A stretch of 61,564 nt of DNA, counting the filler, from Piptocephalis cylindrospora (Eukaryota): the NCBI GenBank assembly GCA_003614145.1. It is 9 parts of 9 records of this genome, joined end to end, with 100 filler letters (N's around TTAATTAATTAA, not from the genome) between each part and the next. Parts side by side here need not be neighbours in the genome. Positions count along the whole stretch, not along the records: positions 48,000 to 54,733 come from KZ988261.1; positions 54,834 to 61,564 come from KZ988262.1; 7 more parts are not named here. One strand, written 5' to 3'. The position numbers and the translations under genes are program-made. Every line of letters begins with the position of its first letter. Positions within the stretch are counted from its first letter, which is position 1. The notes under the pieces were generated by a model. It worked only from the letters and a program-made list of their open reading frames with translations. It had not been told where the DNA came from and did not search any database. Shown one piece after another: positions 51,101 to 61,564 of this stretch.

Positions 51101-51955
51101 TACTTCTTGAGGTAAGAAGTGAAAAACACTTTATTATCCGGGTTATAATGCAATACCAATTTACTCACTTTATCCGTACTTGCAATAGATCTTAGGGTTT
51201 GTCCTATATAGTTCCCAGCGCAGCATTACCCTCTGGGCAGCGGAGGGTGATAAGGTGCGTTGGGGTTGATACCGAGCTTTATTTGAGGCACCGATCTTGA
51301 TTGTTCCATAAATTGAAGCATTGGAACCACACTACTCTCACTCAACATTTTCCTTTTTCCTTTTCCATATTCAGACCATCGAATGGACAGCACAACTACA
51401 GGCGACAGCAGTCATACAGCATATCCTTTCTTTACTAGCTACGATGGAGGAGGAAGATGCCAGAGCTCCCTTGATCCTCTCTTTCCTTGACGAGTGCTTT
51501 TCCTCCAACCCCACGACCCTGAGGCTGGTCCATTACCAGAGATACTCGGTCCATCTACTCCCCCTGCTCATGGAGCATGTACCAACTTTACGTAAGTCAG
51601 ATTTCCCATTTAACGCTCCATCAGTAGCTTAGTATTATTGACACGCTCGCGGGATAAACAGGAGGGATTTCCGGGTTTATGGATGAGCTGATGCAGCAAC
51701 CAACCTATGCGGCAAAGGGATGGGCCGCCCACGTAGGGGTATCAGTGCTTGAGCACCATCGGTCCTTGGAGGATGTGTAAGTTCAGAGCGGGTTTCAGGT
51801 AAGATGTGATGTTGATTGGGCTCTAAATCCTCCCTCCCCTCCTCATCATTCCTAGTTGTGGATGGGTTAAGAGGTTAAAAGACCTTCTAGACGAGTTAAT
51901 TCAGGCGGACGCCGCCGGGTTGATGGCTCTAAAATGCCGATTCGATGCATTATAA
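48194..51955 (+). CDS. INTS2: Intron-rich helical protein, Integrator complex subunit 2-like (5' end uncertain)
   Basis: C-terminal LSFLDECFSSNPTTLRLVHYQRYSVHLLPLLMEHVPT..FMDELMQQP resembles the INTS2 LVHFQGY..LLPL...IPS..FIPEL..QP region as I recall it. Many short GT-AG introns; stop at 51953-51955. Confidence 0.6.
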
Positions 51956-52925
51956 GCTGTATTCATGTGGAATGACTGATTTCGTCATGAATAGTAGAAG
52001 CCCGTGTATGCTTGGAATGTTCCCATTACGCGCACACGCGCTATTTTATTGCCGAGGCGAATGGAGATGGAATAGTAAGTGTTCCCCCATCGCACTCTTA
52101 ATGAGATGTTGATTTGTGGCGATGATGAGACTTTCCGGGAGATCAACGCTTGTCGGCGTCACCTGACCAACATCGTCCCCGCATACTGCCATCCAAAAAT
52201 TTATGATATCTTACTATTACTATTGTTAAAGACAATTGTGATGACATGTTAATCGTTAGTAGATATGGAATATGGGTCCATCTGCCTTTTTCTCCAATAG
52301 GTCTCAGCGCCACCTTCCCCACACGGCAATTTTCAATGGTTGGTGGGCTTGTGTTCTCCCAATCGGACAAACTGATGCCTCCGAAAGTCCGCAAGGTTCG
52401 TCCACATTCATCTCTGAGGACTCTAAAATCACACCCCACACTCTAGTCCTCCACGCTAGATTTTCCTCTCCGACCAGATTGGGAGCTGATTGCTTTGGAT
52501 GTGTAGATATGTCCTGCGCTCCCGGGGCAATTCACCTTCCGAAGCTGGAAGCAAAAGAGTGTCTTGGCACCTGAGGTATTGTCTTCAGATTTGAAGGGAA
52601 GAACTTTGGATCTTTGCATACTCTATAAAAGGAGTAAGCTGGTCGTTTCATCCCCCATGCAAATAATAGTACCATTCGGTACACCTCGCATCTCCTCTTC
52701 CCCCCTGTGCCCTCCCCTCTCCTCATTTCCAGATATCTGAGCGCTATCCTTGGGGATCTTTTTTGTGAAATCCTGGTAGGCTCTTTGTCTGGTTACTCGC
52801 TGGAACCCTGTATCTACATCCAAGCTCTCTTCCGACAGCTAGTCATTCATCCTTGGTGAATGGCAATTTACTATTCAATTGACTGCCCTTGCCTTACTCG
52901 TCCTTAATCAATCAATCATTACCCC

Positions 52926-54478
52926 ATGCACACGTCCAACCACGATCCTTTGTCACGTGAAGTCACAATGGATAGCACCATTTCCGTATCTACCCTTCCA
53001 TCCCAACCCACCTTGACCAGCATGACCCAGAGGGATTCGGTCATTGCAATGGACCCGCCCACTGAGATTGAAAAGGAGCGGATGTTCACAGAGCATAAGG
53101 ACTCAACTACTCCAGACCTAATAATACTTTCAAATGATACTGAGGGTCGGGAAGTGGTCTCGCCTCCCTCCCTACCGCAGCTACCTCCTTACTCAAAGAC
53201 CAGGCTCTACGCCATCCTCATGATTGTATCCTTTGCCGGCCTACTCAGCCCCATCTCCTCCACCATTTACTATCCAGGGTTGATCGACATCCAGAAAGAG
53301 CTGCATACCTCGGAGGATCTGGTCAGTGCAACCATCTCCCTTTATGTACTTTTCATGGGAATTGCCCCTCTCATGTGGGCCTCTCTGTCAGATACGTATG
53401 GTCGACGCCTCGTATACCTTGGATCCCTGAGCATCTACACGGTAGCTAATGTTGGATGTGCTCTCAGCGTCAATATAGCCATGCTCCTGGTCATGCGAGT
53501 TATCCAAGCATGTGGATCATCTTCGGTTATCGCCGTTGGGGCCGGGACCATTGCGGATATATTCCCATTGGAGAGAAGGGCACCGCTATGGGCCTTTTCT
53601 TTATGGGACCCTTAATTGGCCCCATTATCGGCCCCATTATTGGAGGCTACATGAACGAATATTTGGGATGGAGGTATATTTTCTATTTTCTATGCGGTCT
53701 GGGTGGATTAACCACCCTGGTCATTTTCTTCCTTCTTCCTGAGACCTTCCCGGCCAAGCGTCTAAAACGCCTTCATCCTGAAATTAGCTTCCCAAAGAAA
53801 AAGCGTCTCGGGCCCATTGATGCACTCAAGCTCCTTCGGTTTCCCACAGTGGCCATGACCATCTTTTACGTTTCTGTTGTTTATGGCAGCCTCTACCTGG
53901 TCACCACGGAGATTCCTCGTACCTTTGCTAATCTTTACCATTTGTCCTCCAGTAGTATTGGTCTCACCTACCTGGCCTCTGGGTGCGGAAATGTTGGTGG
54001 GGCTCTACTGGGTGGCCGCATGACCGATTGGATGACCCGACGAGCACAACGTAAGCAAGAAGGAACACCCAATGAGGGAAAGCCAGTCCCTTCCGAGGTG
54101 CGCCTCCTCTCAGCTCATGTAGGCTCTATTCTTCTACCTGCCAGCTTGATCGGGTACGGATGGATCATCCAAAAGAGCCATCCTCTGTACGCAGCCCTCA
54201 TCTGCCTTTTCTTCAATGGGATGGGCATGATGTTTGTTTTTACGGCATGCTCCACCTTTCTTGTAGATGCATTTCCCCGGCAGTCCGCTTCGGCTGTCTC
54301 TGTCAACAACTTTTGCCGATCCCTTTTTGCTGCTGTTGGATCCCTTGTGTCTGGGGCGGCAAACCGCGCCCTCGGTCCTGGTATTCTTATGGTCATCTGT
54401 GCCTGTCTGAGCATACTTGGCTCCATTTTCCTGGTCATCATCCAACGATGGGGTCATCGCTGGCCCAATCCCAAGTGA
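52926..54478 (+). CDS. MFS transporter, DHA1 drug:H+ antiporter family, with a 1-nt frameshift near 53578
   Basis: LSPISSTIYYPGL, APLMWASLSDTYGRRLVY, GAGTIADIFP(LERRG)TAMG, GPIIGG, WRYIF, LPET, FLVDAFP. One extra G in GGG 53578-53580 restores a single ORF. Confidence 0.9.
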
Positions 54479-54608
54479 TGTCGGATGGATAGGAGAATTG
54501 TAAGGTGCCCTCTATCACTCTATATATACCAGTATCTTTCTTAATAATAGTAGTAGTTGCCGGGAATATGGAAAAAATTATTCCAGAGCGACGCACGAAT
54601 TCTGATCA

Positions 54609-54641
<33 letters not shown>

Positions 54642-54733
54642 AAGGAAAAGGAAACCCGGGTTTTTTTTTTGAGAGGAGAAACACGGGAAAAACAAAAGGG
54701 GGTTTTTCAAAGAGTTATAAAAACAATGGGGAA

Positions 54734-54833
54734 NNNNNNNNNNNNNNNNNNNNNNNNNNNNNNNNNNNNNNNNNNNNTTAATTAATTAANNNNNNNNNNN
54801 NNNNNNNNNNNNNNNNNNNNNNNNNNNNNNNNN
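54734..54833. other. Artificial contig linker
   Basis: N44-TTAATTAATTAA-N44. Confidence 0.98.
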
Positions 54834-55420
54834 TGAAGAGCACCGGATAGATCATGCTGTCGAGCCCTCTGGGCAATGAGAACATTAAAGATGGCCGAAG
54901 TGGGCTGAATACCCGACTGCAAGATCCGAGAAAAGACGCCTTCGGCTCCAGCGATATCCCCTACTGCAGCATAGGCTGCCATCAAGGGCCCGTACAAGAA
55001 TACTGTGGGAATCAAAGCTTTTCCAGTGGTCTTAGATATCCTCTCTGGGGCCGGGGCGGAGAGTTCCTTGAGGATGATTTCGGCGCCCTCTGGATCTCTT
55101 CGACGGGCAAAGAGGACAATCAGTGCATTTTCAGTTACATGTGTGGGATCCACGTTCAGTGCCAGCATATCTCGTAGGATCTCCAAGGCTCCTTCTAGGT
55201 CGCCNNNNNNNNNNTCGCCTAGTCGGGCGTAGGCAAAAAGAGCGGCATTGGCCACCTTTGCTGTGACCTGCACCCCATTCTTGGGAGCTATGATACATTA
55301 GATACATTAGTAAGCAGTGATATGTCCTCGCTCTGAGCCACCTCATTCTGAAACCTACTTCGTCTCCCAGGGACCTTGCTAAGCATGTTGTAGAGAGTAA
55401 TTGCCTTCTCAGGATGCGGA
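54834..55420 (-). CDS. PPR protein internal fragment
   Basis: EKAITLYNMLSKVPGRR|TPKNGVQVTAKVANAALFAYARLGDLEGALEILRDM..VFLYGPLMAAYAAVGDIAGAEGVF. Intron 55358-55288. Confidence 0.8.
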
Positions 55421-56498
55421 AAGAGTTTACCGATCCGCCGGGCCTGGCACTTTGGCCCCCGCAGGCCCCTCTCCCTTCAACGCCCTTATCGGAGGATACA
55501 TGCGGGAGGGACGAGAGCGGGAGGCTCGACATATATATGGGGATATGCTGCGGGCCGGGGTCTCCCCCGATGGCCTCACCTACACCTTACTCATGGGAGC
55601 GCATGCACGGCACGGGAATGCTCAAGGGGCTACGGCGGCTTTTCGGGAGATGCGTGGACGTGGTTTCGAGCCTGATGCCTTTCACTACTCGGTCCTCATC
55701 CAAGCCTATGGCTGGGCCGAGGATACGGAAGGGGCCGATGCTGTGGTGGGTGAGTGGGTGGGCCGATTCGGAGGCCAAGTAAAGGCAGTGGACAAGGTTA
55801 TGTGGGGAGTTTTGGTGGGATCACGCCGTGGTCGATTTTGGGAGGCTCTAGAGGTATGGAGGGAGGCGTGTCGACAAGGCAAGGGCAGCCCCCAGGGATT
55901 TGCCATCCTGGCCAATGCGGCAGGAGCGGATATAATGAAGCTCCGACAGGCCCAGGAGGAGGCGGCAGAAGCTCGATGGATTGACGAGGAGGATAGACGG
56001 AGAAGAGCCCGACGAAGGATGACAAGTCAGTCTCCCCAGACAAGTCTTGAGCGAAGACTTGGTGAAAAGGAAGAGTGGCTGACGGAGAATGGAGGTGAGG
56101 AGGATGCTGAGTCCACCCGTGTAGTGGAGGCGGGTCGGAGAGGGGAGGATGCAGTAGATGCCCTGCTGGAGGAGTGGAATCAAGCATTGGAGAGTGAAGA
56201 CTGGGCTCCAAGTGGACGAAATGCTAATCAAATGGCAGCGACCCTGCTCCGAGCAGGTAGGATTGGGGAGGCTTCCCAGATCCTTCACGGCTATTTACGG
56301 GAGGAGCGCGAGGCCCGTGGACTTGCCGAGGAGGATGTGGAATGGGGGATCTCCTGGTGGGTGGCGGTGGCGGCATCGACATTTCTTCGTCAGATTCGGC
56401 TGTCCGAGGGACTACAAGTGATGCATGAGGTGATGGAGCGATTGGAGAAGGAGTGTCCCGAGTTACTTCGGCGGTTAGAGCGTGGCCAAGATGACTGA
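55410..56498 (+). CDS. PPR protein C-terminal fragment
   Basis: PFNALIGGYMREGREREARHIYGDMLRAGVSPDGLTYTLLMGAHARHG..GFEPDAFHYSVLIQAY. No ATG start at the 5' end. Confidence 0.8.
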   Translation, partial: QDAERVYRSAGPGTLAPAGPSPFNALIGGYMREGREREARHIYGDMLRAGVSPDGLTYTLLMGAHARHGNAQGATAAFREMRGRGFEPDAFHYSVLIQAYGWAEDTEGADAVVGEWVGRFGGQVKAVDKVMWGVLVGSRRGRFWEALEVWREACRQGKGSPQGFAILANAAGADIMKLRQAQEEAAEARWIDEEDRRRRARRRMTSQSPQTSLERRLGEKEEWLTENGGEEDAESTRVVEAGRRGEDAVDALLEEWNQALESEDWAPSGRNANQMAATLLRAGRIGEASQILHGYLREEREARGLAEEDVEWGISWWVAVAASTFLRQIRLSEGLQVMHEVMERLEKECPELLRRLERGQDD

Positions 56499-59119
56499 CG
56501 CTACTCAGATGATGATGAGACAACTGTATTATACCCGCTTTGAATGATGATAGATGTGCATGTATGTAATGGGCTTGAAGTGTCTTTCAGAGAACGAGAT
56601 GATGCCCATCCTTTGTTGCAATGCAATATTGACTCTACCTCTTTATCTCTACGGAGAGAAATGGATAAGGGTGTGGGCTGGCCGCTGAGGGGATAGTAAG
56701 TGAACATTGGGCCCTATGGACAATTACTTACCCATTTGTGGTTCCAATGCCTCGAATGGCATCTTTCATTTCCCGGGGTCCTAGTCAAAACCATACAACC
56801 CTATACCAACCTTCTGCAGGCAGCATTAATTAATCTACTTTTGAAGTAGGTTTTTGATGTTTTTCGGATTAACCAGCAAAGCGTCTTTTTACCTGCCTCT
56901 CAAATACTGGTAGTATCAGCACAACCATCCCACCTTATGCATTTTGACGCTTGTATAAAACGTGGTTGAGCGATTAGTGCATTTTCTAAGATATACGTAT
57001 TCAGCCTGTTCTTTGTTAAAGCATCTCTCTAACGACTATTCCTTAATAGCGATTTTAAATAGGGCCTCTCGTATTACTAAGATGAGTTTAATGGGGCTAT
57101 GAGCTGAATACTTTAGGGAAGAGTATGTGATTTCTAGACTGTTTGGTAGTATAAATACCTCATTGCACCGATTAATCACGAGGCTAATCAATTTATATTA
57201 CGATTTTGGTTGATAATACTTTTTCGTGCTTTTCTAAACTATTCAGGAATGTAGTGGTTTATGCACATCTATTGTTGTTAGGATTAATAGTACACGGGTC
57301 AAAAATATCGATTTGGTTGTTTTTTGGGGTTATTAAATCCGGGTACGTCCGTGTGGAGAGCTGATATTCATCCCAACTCAACTAAAAAGCATTATAATGT
57401 TGGGGAAAAGGCTTTTTAGATTAGATTGGATTTACTTGGTGACCAACAGGGACTGGAACACAGAAGGCGATGGTGCTTTAGGAGACGAGTGAGATGGATG
57501 CTCGTCGAGTAGAGTAAAGAAGCACTGAAAGGCATTATACTATCAGCGGAAGAGTCGTGTGCTTTGGAGGAAAAGGGAGAATAGCTTAATGTTTAGTACG
57601 AGAGGGACTTGAACTCCAGCAACAAGGAAAGGGCGGGTCGTATATCGGAGTAGACCCATCTGTCATCATTGGGGAGTCAAGAGAGGAGGGGCGGACAGAC
57701 CGTGTGTCGGAGTAGGCGCGTCTGTTAGGTGGCCTAAAGGAGAGGTGACTGGTCTGTCCGTTGAAATGGTGCTCCTGTCCCAATCCTTCTTTTCACAGCC
57801 ACTGCTGGTGTAACCGTGTTGGATGACGAGGCAACCGATGATGGCGCCAAGCCTCTGTAGCCCTCACTTGTTCGTATGTGGTATTCGTTGTAAGGTGTAT
57901 ATTTGGGGGAGGAGGAGAGTACTGAGGCTGCTGTACCACCTACTTGATTTGGTATAGAGACTCGACTCCACTGTCCACCTGGAGAATGGGAGGCGGAAGA
58001 TGTGTAGCGCAAGAGAGTTCTACTGCTCACTCACCTTGGTGCATAGGCCTGACTTTCTTCTGCACCCGAGGGAGAGGGTTATTATGGCCTATCCGTAGCA
58101 TTCTTCACCATTGTTCCTCCTCTTAGGAAGAGAAGGCGGCGCCGGATTCAATAGTCATGGGATCGTGTGGACCCTGCACCGTGCAGCGCCCAACTCCGAC
58201 AAGGGAGAGGATGCAGTAGTCTCACTCTCCCTCACTAAACCATCGTCTTTCCCCTCCACAATCGTCCTTCTCCCTCACAATGCCTCCTCCACGTTTACCC
58301 ATGCTGACCCTTTCCCTCTTTCCCTGTTACCTTCGGATCCAACCTCCCCTCCCCGACTTGATCCTACTCGCTCAACTATAAAGTCCAAGGGAATCGACGG
58401 CCTCTGCACTCTCTCTATCCCCTTTTTTTCCTCACCTCACCTCACCTCACCTCACTTCCTCCCCTCCCACCAACAATCATTCCACCCATATGCAATCATC
58501 ACCCCATACCATTTGATCATTACAACACCCAACTGTAACTGTCAAGTCATCCTCTCATGTACCATTTCACCTGTATTTAAAAACCCACCTTCACCTTTAC
58601 CACCACTGCCACCGTCTTATGGTTGGCCGGTACCATCGCCACCATTTCTTGGCTGACTGGTACCACCACCGGCCCGGAGATCCCCCCCCTCCAGGCCACC
58701 TTATCACGAAGTGCGGAGAGCGGGGGGTAAATACATTCATTGTTCCCAATGTTTGAGGCGGGCAATCCGCCGCCAGAGAATGTTCTTGAGCCTTCCTCCT
58801 ATGGCTATCCTTGACATCTCCTGGCCTTCCTCCTATGGCCCTTTGGCTGGTCTTCCACCTGTGGCCTCCTCCTCAAGCCTCCTTATCCATCGGTGGCTTT
58901 ATTTTGTTTGAAGAAATAGATCAATCTTTCGCTTCTTCCCTCATCTTTTCGCCTATTTTCAATATCCTGTTATTCAGTGGCTTTGCCCATATTTCACTAT
59001 ATTCCATCTCCAGTATAGTGCCTTGGAGGTAAAACGATCAGGGGCTTTTCGAGCGAGATGCACAGCTAAAGAATGGGAGAATTCGAATGAAAGAAATATA
59101 ATTTGCCTTGCGTCATCCT

Positions 59120-60742
59120 CTATCCCCTTCTACTTTCCTTCCCTTGGCCTTCTATTAGCGGATATTGGAAGAGTAATGCATGTATGAGCAGATGAATTTA
59201 GAGGGGCATACAAGAGTATAAGGCGTCCTCTCAATACACTTACCGTCCAAATGCCCTGCAGCCTTTCGCTTACTCGTTGACCCGGACGAGCCCCAGAGTT
59301 CATCCTCAAATTCGCGTTCCTCTTCCTCCTCCCCCTTGGTCTCTGCATGGCGTAATGATGAATTGAAAACGAAATAGAATGAGTAAATGTTGAGCCTCTC
59401 TCCTTCCGACCAGACAACCCCCATTCTCTTACCCTCAGTATCGTCCAGGAGAATGGCCGAGAGCCGTTGTTTCAGATACACCTTGTGCATTAATCGACGA
59501 GTGCCATGGATTTGATGAATACGAGCATGACGATCCAGGGAGACTGAAGCCACAGAGGATCCAGTCACATCCATACCGGTGACCGTACCAGCAAACCCCT
59601 TGTAACTGCCCGTGGCCTTGACGGCCCGAGTGTCAAAGACGGTGAGGTTCCCGATGGTGTCGCTGAGAAGGATGGACCGTTCATCGCCCATGGCCTCCAT
59701 GGACCTGACGGCCTTTTCCCCAAAGTCCACATTAAGGATGGGACGTCGCTTGACACGCGTATCATACAATCTGATCTGCTTGTATCCAGTCCCCGTGACA
59801 ATGGTGCGAGGATCTTGGGGATCCAGGAAAACCAAGTCGGCAATCCATACGGGTACCCGAAGTCGAAGGGAATCATCAGGAACCTAGAGAGCGATGAGAA
59901 ATGGATGAGTGGGCGGAAAGAGAGAGATTATCGCACAATGAAAAGGGTAAGCCATACGTTCTTGGCCTTGAAAATGGGCTTGGCAGCGGCCTGACCAGCC
60001 GTCTCTAGATCCCATACAGCGAGATCATGCTCCTTTCCTCCAACGGCCAGGGTGTTGTTCTGCTTGGGGTGAACACGGGCTCTGCACACATCTTTTCCAA
60101 CATCAAGAGAAGCCAAAACATCATTCGATCCTTCCGCTGCCGAAGAGTGCAACGGGCGAAGGGTGACATGACCCATGTTGGTGCAGGTGACGACCCGGCT
60201 AATGGGTAGTAGGATGAGCCATACGTACAGACGCCATCCCCAATGTCTAGATAAATCCTTACTCATTTACTTGTTCAAGACAGGTGTACCGTGTGTCTTT
60301 GGTCCAGGAAGCGGTGTCAACTGGGGCCTTCCAGGTACGGACGACCTCCCCATCCTCCACAGTACGATGCTCTAGTTGTCCATTGGCATGGGCCGAGAGG
60401 ATGCCACGACGAGGACCCAAATTTTCGACGGCGCCCTGGGTCCAGGTCAGGTGATGAACCGCGCTAGCCCTTGAGGGGGTATTCCATAGGCGGACATCCA
60501 CTACCATAGCTGGTCCCTCAGGCTCCAACTTTGTCTTAGGGCCTTTCTGTTTGGACTCTTGCTTTTCCGCCGCCATTTCTGCCTCTTTAACCTGTTCCTG
60601 CCGGGTTTTTGGCCGGATGTGCACGGCTAAGAGCGCGGGAGGGGGGTTGAGGAGTGAGTGGGGTCATCTGGGCCAAGGCTTGAGCGCATCACAAGGACTC
60701 ACCCTTTAGAAGGCCTAGTTCATCACCAGTGTAAAAGCGCAT
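59120..60742 (-). CDS. NSA1: Ribosome biogenesis WD40 protein NSA1/WDR74
   Basis: MRFYTGDELGLLK, AVGGKEHDLAVWDL, FKAKNV|PDDSLRLRVPVW, QIRLYDTRVKRRP, SLDRHARIH, KVYLKQRL. Multi-exon. Confidence 0.9.
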
Positions 60743-61261
60743 GTTGGATGAGCTGGGAGGATGGGACAAGGGAGCCTTTAAGGATGAGGAAAGTGGGATC
60801 CAATGGAGTATGATGAGCAGTTGGAATTGTTGTTAAAGGTCAGACTAGGCAAACGCAAGCACACACTATTCAGGACCATTTCCCAATGTACTGATATGAG
60901 TAGTGCAGTGCAGTGTGTGGAAAAAAAAAGAAAAAAGGACCACAACCTCCTTTTTCCATTCTCGACCAGACAAGGCCCATAGCTGGTGTGAGCCAACGCC
61001 ATGTTCCAGACCTCATCATAAATTATTAGGGCGGAGGGGACAAACCCCCACGCATATACTCCTAGTCCTAGAGCCTGGGCGGTAAGAGAAAAGCCTTAAG
61101 CATCACCATACTCTCCCAAGAACCATCTCCTCATCAATACATAGGCTATGACACAGATAATTGCAGAAGAAAAGGCACTGTATATCAGCCAGGATACACG
61201 TACCCATCCAAAAGAAGGGCACTCTCATCGCTAACGCGAGAAAAATCAGAGTAGGGAGCGA

Positions 61262-61564
61262 CTAGCAAGCCTCACCAGTACGAAGACAATCGATGGCGTT
61301 GAGGAGTTCACCATTTTTAGTGTCCATGTCAATGGACCAAATCATCCCACCGCCCAATTTCTTCTTTTGGGCAAATTGGGCTTTGATCTTGAGGGATTTG
61401 GGATTGTCGTAGGAAAGAAGAATACCTTTACGCTTGTTGACGGCAAAGGGCGTGGAGGATGATTTATCCCAGGAAATAGTCCAGCCGGGCTTGGGTGCAC
61501 CCTCGATTCCGACATTCTCGACGATCAAACGGTACATCCAGGTTTGATTATAATCGTTTTCGCT
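61262..61564 (-). CDS. GH18 chitinase, C-terminal part (5' partial)
   Basis: WDKSSSTPFAVN..LLSYDNPKSLKIKAQFAQKKKLGGGMIWSIDMD. Confidence 0.88.
   Translation of the reverse strand, partial: SENDYNQTWMYRLIVENVGIEGAPKPGWTISWDKSSSTPFAVNKRKGILLSYDNPKSLKIKAQFAQKKKLGGGMIWSIDMDTKNGELLNAIDCLRTGEAC

Noticed and set aside
55205..55214. 10-N gap within the PPR fragment
   Set aside because: The flanks overlap (TCGCC on both sides). Collapsing them restores RLGDLEG, so no sequence is missing.
57586..58911. Short ORFs and a 16-bp direct repeat GCCTTCCTCCTATGGC
   Set aside because: No coherent gene model could be built.

Overview
Eukaryotic (fungal) genomic DNA. The window is nine unrelated contigs of about 6.7-6.8 kb, in non-increasing size order, joined by artificial 100-nt linkers (N44-TTAATTAATTAA-N44). 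Neighbourhood across a linker therefore means nothing. Short GT-AG introns with CTAAC/CTGAC branch points, an ASPM homolog, a likely Integrator subunit and an alpha-tubulin lacking K40 suggest an early-diverging, non-flagellated fungus; a Zoopagomycota (Piptocephalis-like) source is my inference only. Recognisable genes: two PPR proteins, SelO/FMP40, RMD5/GID2, ADA3, RPS19, CPSF2, ASPM, NAD(P)HX dehydratase, ABHD11, PUT2, alpha-tubulin, mRNA guanylyltransferase, an APH-family kinase, a small CRIB protein, an INTS2-like protein, an MFS transporter, NSA1/WDR74 and a GH18 chitinase. The standout feature is largely invisible in the ORF track: at 3454-6755 a signal-peptide gene continues into at least 15 symmetric phase-0 micro-exons (6-54 nt, all multiples of 3, no stops). 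Their introns resemble one another while the exons have diverged. This resembles the micro-exon gene (MEG) architecture of parasitic flatworms and could generate combinatorial secreted variants. Also present: a small (ATC)n-tailed retroposon family with a 19-bp target-site duplication, a probable amplification-inversion chimera, and several homopolymer frameshifts.
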